From: a virus
Reading direction: 5' to 3' (one strand)
Virus record (IMG/VR): IMGVR_UViG_3300004369_000010
Span: 8,256-72,255 of that record
DNA: 64,000 nucleotides
How positions within the stretch are numbered: position 1 is the first letter of the stretch; each line of letters begins with the position of its first letter. Of the stretch, positions 1 to 10,153 are shown in pieces. The position numbers and the translations under genes are program-made. Below the pieces are notes generated by a model. That model was not told the DNA's origin. It did no database searches and was given only the letters and a program-made list of their open reading frames with translations.

Positions 1-43
1 TCAAAAAGCATCAACGATGTTTCGTCGCTAACTTGAATATGCA

Positions 44-322
44 TTACTCATACCTTACTTTATATTCAGAACCATCAATGAATACCGTGTTTTTAGATCG
101 ATGCCACACCTCTTCAATATCCGAATATGGCAACTCCTTTTGTTTATTAGCTGACGCTCCCTCTTTCGCCACGACGATATTCACACTCTGACCCGCGTCA
201 ATCCACTCCTGCTGGGAAATAAAGGATGCCAGTTTGCCAACTTTAAAAACCTTTACCTTAAGACCCCGCTTCAAGCGGCTGGCTTGGACATCATCTAGTT
301 CGTACTTTTTTCCCATCATCAC
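44..322 (-). CDS. hypothetical protein, last gene of the tail-fibre operon in this window
   Basis: 92-aa ORF; its start overlaps the stop of 319..1224. Confidence 0.6.
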   Translation of the reverse strand: MMMGKKYELDDVQASRLKRGLKVKVFKVGKLASFISQQEWIDAGQSVNIVVAKEGASANKQKELPYSDIEEVWHRSKNTVFIDGSEYKVRYE

Positions 323-1224
323 AAACTTTCAATCCAAATATTATTTAGACCGCCACCCAAAGTCGTGTATCGTGGACTTAATGAACCAGCGCCAATACCG
401 TGGTAAATGCCGGTTGTTGAAGTGATGCTGTCCGTATATGTGGAGTACAGCGACCAGGTGTTGGACGATACAGATCCAAAGTAAACCTCAATGGAGGATC
501 CGCGAGCAACAACCCGCAAATCACCCACACTTCGATTAACGGTCGCAACATTCGTCCAGCTTGTACTGCCGTTACGATACTGGAGCGACCATCGCGTTGT
601 ATAGTTATCTACGCTAAATCCAGGTGAGTGCGATTCTGGAGTTCCTCCGGAACAAGAGTAATAACTTTGCCGTGTTTGCAAAAGGCATTGCGAATTGCAA
701 TGTGTGTCCGAACATGTTGAACCACAATTCGCGCTGTATTTTCCACCCCAAAAGTTCTGATAGTCATAAGACGGGTTTGCTCCGGAATAAATAGTATGAC
801 CTGTATAGATGTCCGCACATTCACAAAAATTCTTGTTGCTGTGAGTTGAATAGCCAGACAAAACGCAATAAGCCGCACTCGCAGGAGTGTGAGAACCCGG
901 ATACGAATAAGTAGATGACACATAGTCGCCGAAGCCTAAACGCCACATTTTCGTAGTTGACTGTCGACGAAAATAAATACATCCGCCGTCCGACCTATCG
1001 CAAGCAACTTTTATTTCAACATCAGGTGTACCCACCTGAAACATCCCTCTAGGGCTAGCAGTGTTAGAAGTAGCACAACTAAAACCAGATCCTGAACTGG
1101 TAAATGACGGTGTTCCAGAATCGGATTCAGCCAAATCTGGACTAAGTGATGAACCGCTTGACTTGATCACATAAAATGGGTGACGACCGCCCGTTCTTAG
1201 TGTCCCTCCCAGTCCAACTGTCAC
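319..1224 (-). CDS. putative tail-tip/receptor-binding protein with Cys-rich insert
   Basis: Ser/Gly/Thr-rich beta-type sequence; lectin-like C-terminus (LRVVARGSSIEVYF...HGIG); position in fibre cluster. Confidence 0.55.
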   Translation of the reverse strand: MTVGLGGTLRTGGRHPFYVIKSSGSSLSPDLAESDSGTPSFTSSGSGFSCATSNTASPRGMFQVGTPDVEIKVACDRSDGGCIYFRRQSTTKMWRLGFGDYVSSTYSYPGSHTPASAAYCVLSGYSTHSNKNFCECADIYTGHTIYSGANPSYDYQNFWGGKYSANCGSTCSDTHCNSQCLLQTRQSYYSCSGGTPESHSPGFSVDNYTTRWSLQYRNGSTSWTNVATVNRSVGDLRVVARGSSIEVYFGSVSSNTWSLYSTYTDSITSTTGIYHGIGAGSLSPRYTTLGGGLNNIWIESL

Positions 1225-2258
1225 GAGAATCCCCTGCCAGACAAGAACCCGAACCAGGTTGTACCACCGTTATAGGTCGTCAAAGTCCAAACATTTGTCT
1301 TGTTAGCGGCGGTGTCCTCGTTTGGTCGAACGGAATTAGGCCACTTTACTGATGCCGGGAATGTCAGAACACGACCAGCAGTTCCGTCATTGCGGACAAT
1401 TAAAGTCAATGTAAAAACTTCGGTCGTCGGACCAGAACCACCCCATGTTGGGTAAAGGAGATTTAGGGTGACATTAGTTCCGAGGGTGAAGGCTTCAACA
1501 TTGTAGGAATCACCGAGAGAGAATGTTGAAGTAGAAATTGTTCCCGAATCACGCCCTTCCTCAGAATACTTTTTAAGAAGCGGCGAGTTTGCCCATGAGA
1601 CACCATAAGTTTGAGTGCTGTCGGCAACTAAGACAGTTCTGTTTGAGCCAACCCCAAGGCGTGCTACCGTATCGTTTGATTGACCGACAAGAAGATCACC
1701 CTTGGCGTTGATGGTTGAGAGCGGAACATTTCCCGAGAGGCTGACGGTCTTCCAGGCTACGCCCGTACTGGTCGTTGAGTCCGCTTGGAGAACCTGACCA
1801 TCGGATCCAATTCCCTGAACTGTTGGTGTAGAAGGTGAGGAGGCAACAATCAGGTCACCTTTGGCTGTCAGGATGTTCTTCGGAATCAAGCCGGTAGTAT
1901 CAACCTCCGGTAGAGCGTGAACATGGTCAATGCGTGCCGTGGCATCAACCACCCCGGCACTGTTCGCCTGCCCATAGGCCAGAGTTGCCATCTGTCCAGT
2001 TGAACCAAACTGGCCGACCGCAACCCACGAGCCAGTGTTATCTGTACCGTTGAAGTAATAGAGCGTTGACGTGTCGGTCTTGAAGAAGAATGATCTAGCG
2101 TGTTCCGAAGCAGGGGCTGGTAGCGATGTGCCAGATGTGAAGATGGCACCCTTCGTCTCAATACTGGCATGGCTAGAATCCAGTTGTTGACGGGTGAAAG
2201 CATCAGAGTCTTCGCTCCATCGATAGATGCCGAAACGGTTTGTCTGTGTAACAGTCAT
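1221..2258 (-). CDS. tail fibre protein
   Basis: two AKGDL(I/L)V...G...VL.ADS...GV.W fibre repeats; C-terminal TFPASVKWP...TTYNGGTTWFG domain typical of phage fibres. Confidence 0.75.
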   Translation of the reverse strand: MTVTQTNRFGIYRWSEDSDAFTRQQLDSSHASIETKGAIFTSGTSLPAPASEHARSFFFKTDTSTLYYFNGTDNTGSWVAVGQFGSTGQMATLAYGQANSAGVVDATARIDHVHALPEVDTTGLIPKNILTAKGDLIVASSPSTPTVQGIGSDGQVLQADSTTSTGVAWKTVSLSGNVPLSTINAKGDLLVGQSNDTVARLGVGSNRTVLVADSTQTYGVSWANSPLLKKYSEEGRDSGTISTSTFSLGDSYNVEAFTLGTNVTLNLLYPTWGGSGPTTEVFTLTLIVRNDGTAGRVLTFPASVKWPNSVRPNEDTAANKTNVWTLTTYNGGTTWFGFLSGRGFS

Positions 2259-2290
2259 TGCTTGCGCCCTTATTCTTAGTTTGTGTGAAC

Positions 2291-2587
2291 TTACGGGTTG
2301 TTATGAAACAGGTCTCTCAAACCGCTTTTTGCCAAATATTCCCGATCCATTTGTGAGATGTCTTTAATATTACTATCTACCAGTTCGTAAGAGGCATAGA
2401 GAACTCCGTTGACATCTTCCGGTTCTGCGAATATGGCACGTTTACCAGGACTTTCAGGTACTGGCGTAGAGAGAACCTCGCGCCAACCTTTAGGAAGCGG
2501 AGAACCTGGCTCCCAACCCGGCTGCGCCAAGGCCACATCTCCCTTATAGCGAGGAAATTTTCCATCAGGATCCATATAAAGATTCAC
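2291..2587 (-). CDS. small protein, possible fibre assembly chaperone
   Basis: 98-aa ORF between fibre genes; function inferred from position only. Confidence 0.45.
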   Translation of the reverse strand: MNLYMDPDGKFPRYKGDVALAQPGWEPGSPLPKGWREVLSTPVPESPGKRAIFAEPEDVNGVLYASYELVDSNIKDISQMDREYLAKSGLRDLFHNNP

Positions 2588-4161
2588 TTGATAAATCCCA
2601 TCTCATGATTGAACGGCACATCTGTCTTACTAGGAGTACTTAAATTCACTGTCGTGAAATCGTCAGTTGAATCTGCAGTGAAAACAGTTGGATTATCTGG
2701 CGTTTCTGAAGTAGGGCCAGCAAACACGATAGAACTTTCGGCGTAATCCACTATCAAAGACTCTGTTTGAACGCTTCCACCATTAAAATTTCCAAAACTT
2801 AACTCGTGCGTTGACTCCAATGATCCGTCAAACGGAAAAGCCAGTGAGACGAAAATTTCTTCTGCTGTGGTACCCCAAAAACCGTCGGCATCAAACAGAG
2901 TAGCAACTATAAAGAAACTATCTTCACTTGCCCATTTGACACTAAACGACGTTATCTGCAGATCTGTTTCAACACTTTCATGTTCATATCTAAAACTTAT
3001 TCGTCTTTGCCAAATTATTTCCCCCAAATGATCCACTCTGACCAGAACGATTGAAGCCGTATAAAGTTCGTCATCTAGTTCGTAAAAAGGAAAAATCGCG
3101 CTTCCATCCGAAGGCACCTCAATAGCCCTTGGATAGGGCATCATTTCATAATTACTTGTTGAAAGAATTTTAGCTGACCCATAGTTGAAGGCCAGCGCCG
3201 CTATATAACTCAACGAGGTGCCGCCACCATCAAACGGTCGCCATCCCCATGCAACATACTGTCGATCCCAACTGGGTCGCGAAGAAACAACATGGGCAGG
3301 AGTTGATATTCCGCCCGACTCGGCTGAGCCTGTCCAAATTTTCCATGGAAATGTTGAGTCCACTGTTCCGCCAGCCAGGTAACGGATCACCCAAACCTGT
3401 GGTTCGGACGCAGAAGAGTCCTGGAACGCAATCGGATAACTGACATTCCCCGAATCGTAACCAGCCATCTGTCCCTGCACAAAAAAAGTAGCAGACGAAC
3501 TGTAAGACAAACGCCTATGCCATATCAGAGTTCCTGACTGATTATATTTACGTAAATATATATGTTGGTTGCCATCGAATGTTGTGTTGCCAGAAAGACC
3601 CCAAAACACATAGGTTTGCCAATTGTCAAAATAGACCTGATTGTCAAAAAAGTCATTGCTACCGATATAGATTTTTTTCGCCCAGTTAAATGTCGGTGGA
3701 CTAACCAAACCGTAGTACTCGTAACTTGACAATGAATTTGATGCTCCACCGAACTCATCAATTAGTTCAGCGACATACACATGTTCTGACTGGGATCCAC
3801 CTAAAATTCTTTGCGTAGGTTCCGCTCCAGTCGCGTCATTCCATCGATAATATGGATTCTTTAACGTGGAGAACTCAGTAAATGTATATGGGAATATCCC
3901 ACCTGGCTCCCCCGAGTACCCTCCAAGTAAGCTAGTGTAATCAAGGTAAACAGACCAATTATTGCTGGATGTGGTGGAATCAGTGACCCCAGATATAACC
4001 AGTCCGTAATAATCTTTTCCTGCGAACTGGATTGGGCCAACCTGAGCAACAGATAGAAACGGTACAGATGTAGATATGTCCGTCCGATGAAACAGCGAAT
4101 AGTAGTAATCAATTTTTCCCTGAACTGCTTCGCAGGCTACATAATATTGGATATTAGGCAT
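2584..4161 (-). CDS. putative beta-propeller virion/receptor-binding protein
   Basis: 525 aa, aromatic-rich; blade-like motifs KYNQSGTLIWHRRL and RVDHLGEIIWQRRI. Confidence 0.5.
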   Translation of the reverse strand: MPNIQYYVACEAVQGKIDYYYSLFHRTDISTSVPFLSVAQVGPIQFAGKDYYGLVISGVTDSTTSSNNWSVYLDYTSLLGGYSGEPGGIFPYTFTEFSTLKNPYYRWNDATGAEPTQRILGGSQSEHVYVAELIDEFGGASNSLSSYEYYGLVSPPTFNWAKKIYIGSNDFFDNQVYFDNWQTYVFWGLSGNTTFDGNQHIYLRKYNQSGTLIWHRRLSYSSSATFFVQGQMAGYDSGNVSYPIAFQDSSASEPQVWVIRYLAGGTVDSTFPWKIWTGSAESGGISTPAHVVSSRPSWDRQYVAWGWRPFDGGGTSLSYIAALAFNYGSAKILSTSNYEMMPYPRAIEVPSDGSAIFPFYELDDELYTASIVLVRVDHLGEIIWQRRISFRYEHESVETDLQITSFSVKWASEDSFFIVATLFDADGFWGTTAEEIFVSLAFPFDGSLESTHELSFGNFNGGSVQTESLIVDYAESSIVFAGPTSETPDNPTVFTADSTDDFTTVNLSTPSKTDVPFNHEMGFIK

Positions 4162-4164
4162 TGA

Positions 4165-4905
4165 TTACCCCAGATCGCCTACAAGAATATAAAAATCATT
4201 GTCCGCATAATAAATGGCAGTTGCAGCCGCATACCTTCCCGACATGGATTTATAGCCGCTCTTTGACCCCACCCCTGCACTTCCTGCTGCCTGGAAGATA
4301 ATGTCATTTGAGCCAACTATGAGCATAAACATGAACTGCATTCCATCTTGTAAACCCGAATCAGTGGCAATGTCGGGAAGTGTGATAGTCACATCACCAG
4401 CCAGGGTGTCAACATAAATGAGTTTTCCTGCGTCACCTGAGCTCAAGGTGAAACTAGATGATTCCGTTTGCGTCGGCAGGGGTGACTCAAACGAAAAAGG
4501 ATCTGCCCATTCAACACCCGTGGCTTCAGATGAGTTCGCAAACAATGCTTGCCCATCCGTTCCAATAGGCACCCGAGCCACCGTGTCGTTGGCGGTACCA
4601 ACGAGTAAATCACCCTTCGCATCCACATTCAACGAAATTGTGAACGACGAGGTTGACTCTGAGACTGAAATCCCTGAGCCACCCGTAATTTCGCCGATAG
4701 CCGTCCACAGCGTTCCGTCAAAGTATCGGATCACATTGTCATCTTTTGTGTAGCACACCATACCTTCAGAGGGTGTCGCTAACTCGGCATCACGTGTCGT
4801 GGTGTTATCAAACACCATTACACTCTGCTCCATCAAATATTGCATGAGGTCAGCAGCATAAAATGCCTCCTCATCTACCCATGATCGATAACCGGCTCCA
4901 GCCAT
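4165..4905 (-). CDS. minor tail/fibre protein
   Basis: N-terminal MAGAGYRSW...YLMEQSVMVF...RDA...PSEGMVCY module seen in actinophage minor tail proteins, plus one AKGDLLVG fibre repeat. Confidence 0.7.
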   Translation of the reverse strand: MAGAGYRSWVDEEAFYAADLMQYLMEQSVMVFDNTTTRDAELATPSEGMVCYTKDDNVIRYFDGTLWTAIGEITGGSGISVSESTSSFTISLNVDAKGDLLVGTANDTVARVPIGTDGQALFANSSEATGVEWADPFSFESPLPTQTESSSFTLSSGDAGKLIYVDTLAGDVTITLPDIATDSGLQDGMQFMFMLIVGSNDIIFQAAGSAGVGSKSGYKSMSGRYAAATAIYYADNDFYILVGDLG

Positions 4906-4914
4906 AATTACTCC

Positions 4915-6396
4915 TTACAACAAGCTGCTTGACAACAGACCATCTGTAGAACTTCCCAAGATAAAGAGACTGTCGGTACCCTCGGCATTGCATTCGTGCT
5001 CAATTTTAAAACCAGCCGGTTTGGTGTACTGCAACGCATCAATAATTTCCTGAGATGATTCCCCATCCACACCACCAGGGGTTTCACTTGTCTTGGTAAA
5101 AACCTTAATCAGGAAAGGAACGCCTTGATGCTTGGGGTAGATTGTCACCGTCTTGCTGTCAGTCAAATAAAACTTTACGGTTTCTTCTAACGCTTCAAGA
5201 GTTCCCGCCCTTATCCCATAATACTGATTTGTTATCTGCCAGCGAAGAAACTCAATACGGTTGGTGATATCAATACGGAATGCCTCAATCTCAATCCACG
5301 ACTGATCTATTAGCCCGACCTCTCCAACCGTGTCACTTTCATCTGCCTCAACTTGCTCCCATTCAAGCGTTGATGTACCTATATCCTGACTCGTTATCTC
5401 AAACTGACCGTCAAAAGTTCCTGCGTCACGAACCAAAACCGTCTGACCAACCTCAAACGCGGTGACATCCCCATCAAGTACGGCAGTAACAATGTTTGAT
5501 GCCCTATCAATAGTTATGACATCCAAATTGATTTGCGGCGTGGGATCAATGTCCTCCATGAGTGCCAACCAATTGCTAGGAAGGTTGCCCCATGGTGTTG
5601 TTCGAATCGTTGGATCTACATATTGAGTCCCCGTAAACTGAGATAGCCATGGAAGAAAGCGGGGTTCGCAGACATTCCCATCAATAAGCGCACTTAAAGA
5701 CGTTTCATCTGCGACATCTCGTCCACCTTCAATATCCCTATACCGATAATGGACGTATTGACCGTAACCAAGTCCAGCGCCCGTTAGCCCTATTTCCATC
5801 ATCCGATACATCGGAAACGACGGGTAGACTTGCGCTAAATCAAAATCGTTAAAAACTGACGGTACGAGTGGCACACACTCACGCAGAAACCTGTTATTAG
5901 TAAACCCATACTCGGGCATTAATACCGGAATCGTCAATAAAATCGGCAACCCATTGTGCGCACTGATTGTTATCGTTACAGCAATAGCATAGGTTTCAGC
6001 AGTGTCGGGGATATCCAATGGTTCGGCCCTAACAATACGCCAAACTCCAGCCGCCACCAGATTAGATCGCGAAGTGGAGTCCTCCCCATCTAAAGCGAGC
6101 GTGACTTCAACAACAGCATCGGCTTCAGCCTTTATCCGACAGTGAAAATCCATGTTATCGTTAGCATCAATAAGACGTGTTTCACTTGGATTAAAGGTCA
6201 GAACAATATCAGTATAATCTGTTGGTTGAATACGAAGTGAGTTATAACCAGACGCCACTTTTGAGTCAAAATCAACGGACAATGTTGCGTTCGTCGCTGA
6301 CCACGACCCGATTGTTGAAGCGAAAGAATGATCCTCTTCCTCAATCAGATTGACCTGTAGTTCACCGGTCTGTAGGAAACTTTCTCCATGTGCCAT
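4915..6396 (-). CDS. baseplate wedge protein (P2 gpI-like) with N-terminal carbohydrate-binding-like domain
   Basis: FLPWLSQFTG, RAGTLEALEETVK and KPAGFKI motifs; follows baseplate J. Confidence 0.7.
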   Translation of the reverse strand: MAHGESFLQTGELQVNLIEEEDHSFASTIGSWSATNATLSVDFDSKVASGYNSLRIQPTDYTDIVLTFNPSETRLIDANDNMDFHCRIKAEADAVVEVTLALDGEDSTSRSNLVAAGVWRIVRAEPLDIPDTAETYAIAVTITISAHNGLPILLTIPVLMPEYGFTNNRFLRECVPLVPSVFNDFDLAQVYPSFPMYRMMEIGLTGAGLGYGQYVHYRYRDIEGGRDVADETSLSALIDGNVCEPRFLPWLSQFTGTQYVDPTIRTTPWGNLPSNWLALMEDIDPTPQINLDVITIDRASNIVTAVLDGDVTAFEVGQTVLVRDAGTFDGQFEITSQDIGTSTLEWEQVEADESDTVGEVGLIDQSWIEIEAFRIDITNRIEFLRWQITNQYYGIRAGTLEALEETVKFYLTDSKTVTIYPKHQGVPFLIKVFTKTSETPGGVDGESSQEIIDALQYTKPAGFKIEHECNAEGTDSLFILGSSTDGLLSSSLL

Positions 6397-6398
6397 GA

Positions 6399-7832
6399 CT
6401 ACACCGCCGACACCGTTACTGTTGCTTGTGGCAACACACCCCTATAGAGGAATGTTATGTCTCCGCCAACTCCTTGATAGGCAAGTAGTTCATCTGCATC
6501 CAGAGACATAGTCGTACTCTCCACATAGGCCACACCCTCGACTTGCGAAACCTGGTTTGTTACCGAACTTAAACGCACGGTGCCCCCCCAGTCCCAGAAC
6601 TGTGGAGAGAGATAGTTAGTAATCGCAGTATCAACGGCGGTTCGCACATCCAATTCCGAATAACCCGCCGTAAGACCAAAGGTAATTGACACATCAATTG
6701 GAACAATCAGAGCATTGACAATACCCAATTGGATACCCGCAACCATTTTAGAACTGACCCCAACCTGAATTTCATCCCGCACACTCGCCGAAATATCTGT
6801 CCCCTCAGACGATGTCACAGCGATTGTTACTGCCCCTAGTTCGTCAGCTGTTGTGTACTTCAACCCTTCCAGTAGTTCAACGGTGAAAGGAGATGATGAT
6901 GTTTCGCCACTTGATGCCCCAACAGTATTCGTAAAATACACTGCCGAACCGGGGTAAGGCTCTACTGAATCCACCTCAAAGATGCCGTTAAAATAATCTG
7001 GCGTCGCTCCATAGATACGAATAACATCACCTGCGTTGGCAGGCGGATCAACGGAAGTCAAATTTGGTGTAAGGGATGCCCCAATCAGACCGCCTGATTC
7101 AAAAATCTGGATTCCATCTAGTTCGTCAACTTCAACTAAATCAAGTGTTTTTGCTCGGTACGCCTCAGCGTGATTTGTCAAGACATATGAATTAATCTGT
7201 GTAGCTGTTGCAAGTCCGGATGACAGACTTTGAATAAAGGCTACGCCACGAGTGAAATATTCCGCATCTGATTCACCGACAACTCCTTGCGTTAATGAGC
7301 CAGAGAATGTTACGGAAAAAACTTTGTTTGATGCACTCAAAATGATGAGACTGTCGCCATCAGCGATAGCCGGTTTTTCGCCTGTTTCAATGGCAATAAT
7401 TGATACTGGGTCAGATGTAGTTGATCCAACATCAATTTGACCACCAACAGTAGTTTCAAATATATGCTGTATGGATCCTGTTTCTGTTGTTTCCGTGTAC
7501 GCAACTTGTGTGCCGATAGGAATACTTAAACCCGTATCATCAATTGATGTAAAAATAACTGAACCGCTTGCATAGTCATTCTCTACGCGGTTGAAGCCCA
7601 TCAAGCCAAGAACGCCTTCCATTAAACCATTAGGAAGTCGATTAATTGCACCTGTTACCAATCCAGTCACATACGACATGGCTTGAAGCATTGCGTCTTC
7701 AACGGTTCCAGTTCGTGGACTAAACTCTGGTAGAGCCGTTGTGGCGTACTCAACAGCAGCAGTGTAAATGTCCGCTGGTTGAGAATCATTGATTGTCAGG
7801 TCAATGTATTCGCTGAAGTCAGGTGAAGCCAT
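6399..7832 (-). CDS. baseplate J-like protein
   Basis: LPEFSPRTGTVE, IPIGTQVA, GESDAEYFTR and VSQVEGVAYV motifs of the gpJ/gp47 family. Confidence 0.85.
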   Translation of the reverse strand: MASPDFSEYIDLTINDSQPADIYTAAVEYATTALPEFSPRTGTVEDAMLQAMSYVTGLVTGAINRLPNGLMEGVLGLMGFNRVENDYASGSVIFTSIDDTGLSIPIGTQVAYTETTETGSIQHIFETTVGGQIDVGSTTSDPVSIIAIETGEKPAIADGDSLIILSASNKVFSVTFSGSLTQGVVGESDAEYFTRGVAFIQSLSSGLATATQINSYVLTNHAEAYRAKTLDLVEVDELDGIQIFESGGLIGASLTPNLTSVDPPANAGDVIRIYGATPDYFNGIFEVDSVEPYPGSAVYFTNTVGASSGETSSSPFTVELLEGLKYTTADELGAVTIAVTSSEGTDISASVRDEIQVGVSSKMVAGIQLGIVNALIVPIDVSITFGLTAGYSELDVRTAVDTAITNYLSPQFWDWGGTVRLSSVTNQVSQVEGVAYVESTTMSLDADELLAYQGVGGDITFLYRGVLPQATVTVSAV

Positions 7833-7834
7833 TA

Positions 7835-8131
7835 TCAGGTCCTTCTTGCAAAAGATATTGCTATGCCTACTTGCCCGGCATCGTCTTGATTTATGTCAAC
7901 TGATGTGAGAGCTATTTCAGGGATGAAAGCCCCTGCGGTAAAGGCAAGTTGCTTTTTGCCTTCTTCGCTGAAAACTGGATCTGCAGCACCATAGTCTGGA
8001 GTAAGTGGCAATTCACCAGGCCTGATTTGGCATGTCAACGCCAATAGTTGAGCGTAATACTCGTCCGTGTCAGTACTGACAGTTTCTACCCTGCCAGCCT
8101 TAAAACTGATGGGTATACGCATTGAGTCCAT
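7835..8131 (-). CDS. baseplate wedge/sheath initiator (gp25/gpW-like)
   Basis: RPGELPLTPDYG motif; 98 aa; upstream of gpJ. Confidence 0.8.
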   Translation of the reverse strand: MDSMRIPISFKAGRVETVSTDTDEYYAQLLALTCQIRPGELPLTPDYGAADPVFSEEGKKQLAFTAGAFIPEIALTSVDINQDDAGQVGIAISFARRT

Positions 8132-8157
8132 TATCTAATTTTGCCATGCCTGAGAGG

Positions 8158-8589
8158 TCAAGACAGAATGGATCCTAAAACAATAATTTCATCCAAACTG
8201 CTATTCAAAAAGCCACAAAGTACCTGGGTTCCAATTGGTGGAGTCACCATCTGAACATCAACCAAAACTACGAAGTCGTTAGTTTCATCACTCACAGATT
8301 TAACGAAAGTACTGGTCGTGTAGGTGACTGGAGTAGAATTACCTCCAGAAACCGTCACGACGGCACTACCTGTCGTCTCAACAGTTTCAGTTACAGCGGC
8401 AGCTCGGGTTACATCAACTTGGAGAGTGTTTGAAATTACCAGACAAGGTCCGTAGCTGAAACCTGGCGTAAGTTGCGGTATTTCCACATAAACCTGGTTT
8501 CCTTCCACATTAGTTACCGTACCTAGGTATAGGCCATTTTTCTCCAACTCAACGGAGGCTGTTTTCTGTGGCGAGATGTAATTAAACAT
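8158..8589 (-). CDS. baseplate spike (gpV-like OB fold)
   Basis: GLYLGTVTNV...VYVEIP and PPIGTQVLCGF...IIVLG motifs; position between hub and gp25. Confidence 0.7.
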   Translation of the reverse strand: MFNYISPQKTASVELEKNGLYLGTVTNVEGNQVYVEIPQLTPGFSYGPCLVISNTLQVDVTRAAAVTETVETTGSAVVTVSGGNSTPVTYTTSTFVKSVSDETNDFVVLVDVQMVTPPIGTQVLCGFLNSSLDEIIVLGSILS

Positions 8590-8597
8590 TCAGTTCA

Positions 8598-10142
8598 CTA
8601 CCTGTAGTTGACATTGCCTAGACGGGGGAAATTAAGTTCTAAAGTTTGTGTCGGCTGTTTCGTAATCTGGCTTCTAACTCGAACTAACACCATGTATTGA
8701 GCTGAACCAGATCCATACTCCGACCTAAATTGATCAAACAGTTTGTTTGCTTGCGCCACTGTAGTTGCCTTGTAAATGCGTGAGGCATCAACTCTGGCCC
8801 TGGCAATAAAGGACTCCCTCGCCACCACCCCAAGATTTAGCGTATTGGCATAGTTAGTTATGGAACGAGTTACACCAGCGGGTAAACCGGCAGTCAAAGC
8901 AGTCGCTACACCCAATTCTGTATTATTTCGCAGCAGAACCCTTACATGATTCAGCGCTTTATAGCGGACATTGCTGTTACCACCAGGAAGAGAGTTTCGG
9001 TAATTTTCAATGGCCGTATTTTGTCCAGCTACTGTTTTGATATTGAACCAAATTTGTGATGCCTTCTGAACAACTTCATCCCCAGCGGCTTTCACTTTGG
9101 CAGCAAATGTGTCAGCATTAGTGAATTCGCTTCGTGGATAGTTCCTATTAACATAGTCGCGGATTTTATTGGCTATATCAATAGGTAGATTTGACGGCGT
9201 CGTATTGTTTGACCTATTATTTCCACCGCCTGTTCCGGTTGTTTGCGTCTCTTCAGGTTTGATCGGCGTTCGGAAAGTTATTTGAACAGGATCCGGTTTA
9301 CCTTCACTAAACTCAACTGCTGTAATCAAATAAAAAGCCTCAAAATCAGGAATACCAACCAAACACAAAGTCATACCTGGCCTCAAAAGTCGACCATTAG
9401 TACGCTCAACAACCATCGTCCCATCAGCGTCCATAGGATCGTCATCCGAGCGACGGACATTTGGAATATCCAGCAAAACATATTTATTAGATGCACCAGG
9501 AAATGTTTCCTCGGACGGCACAGGCCACCCGTACGGCACAAAAGCCGACGTCCCAAACTTATAGTTTGGGTCACCCCACTTCCCCATCAAAAATTGCTGT
9601 GAACAAAAAAACAAAATATTATTAACTTCAAAACAAATAAACTGAGCGTCATTCGCCGAGCGTTGTAGAACATCCCAGACAGATTCATCTGTCTTGCCAC
9701 TACGTCCCTTAACAATAGATTGCTTTTTAGATGTCTCTTCAACCACGATGTCCATGTTGAACCGTTTAGCGACAGTTCGCGCATAATCCGATGCTGATGT
9801 TCCACGATAAGCCTCTGGCGTTTTATCGCGTTTCATCATCTGGACATTTTTATTACGACAGGACAATCGATAGACAGGATGAATTGACTCGCTACGTTGC
9901 ACCTCAACGGCCGCAATTTCAAAAATCAGATCTTGATAGAAAACATCACGTCGAATCTGAAAATAATTTGCACTGGCAAAATTAAAATTCACATCTAAAA
10001 TTTCTAGCGTTAACTCTGATGCACCATCCATTGTTAACGAAACATCAAATGTCAACAACGAATCAGAGATATCTCGCATCTCATTCGTAGCAAGATCACC
10101 AATACGGATAAGTTCACTATCAATGGGTATAAAACTAGGCAT
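8598..10142 (-). CDS. baseplate hub (gpD/gp27-like) with C-terminal extension
   Basis: SLTMDGASELTLEI, ESVWDVLQR, LRPGMTL...YLITAVEF motifs. Confidence 0.75.
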   Translation of the reverse strand: MPSFIPIDSELIRIGDLATNEMRDISDSLLTFDVSLTMDGASELTLEILDVNFNFASANYFQIRRDVFYQDLIFEIAAVEVQRSESIHPVYRLSCRNKNVQMMKRDKTPEAYRGTSASDYARTVAKRFNMDIVVEETSKKQSIVKGRSGKTDESVWDVLQRSANDAQFICFEVNNILFFCSQQFLMGKWGDPNYKFGTSAFVPYGWPVPSEETFPGASNKYVLLDIPNVRRSDDDPMDADGTMVVERTNGRLLRPGMTLCLVGIPDFEAFYLITAVEFSEGKPDPVQITFRTPIKPEETQTTGTGGGNNRSNNTTPSNLPIDIANKIRDYVNRNYPRSEFTNADTFAAKVKAAGDEVVQKASQIWFNIKTVAGQNTAIENYRNSLPGGNSNVRYKALNHVRVLLRNNTELGVATALTAGLPAGVTRSITNYANTLNLGVVARESFIARARVDASRIYKATTVAQANKLFDQFRSEYGSGSAQYMVLVRVRSQITKQPTQTLELNFPRLGNVNYR

Positions 10143-10153
10143 ACGGGATCACC

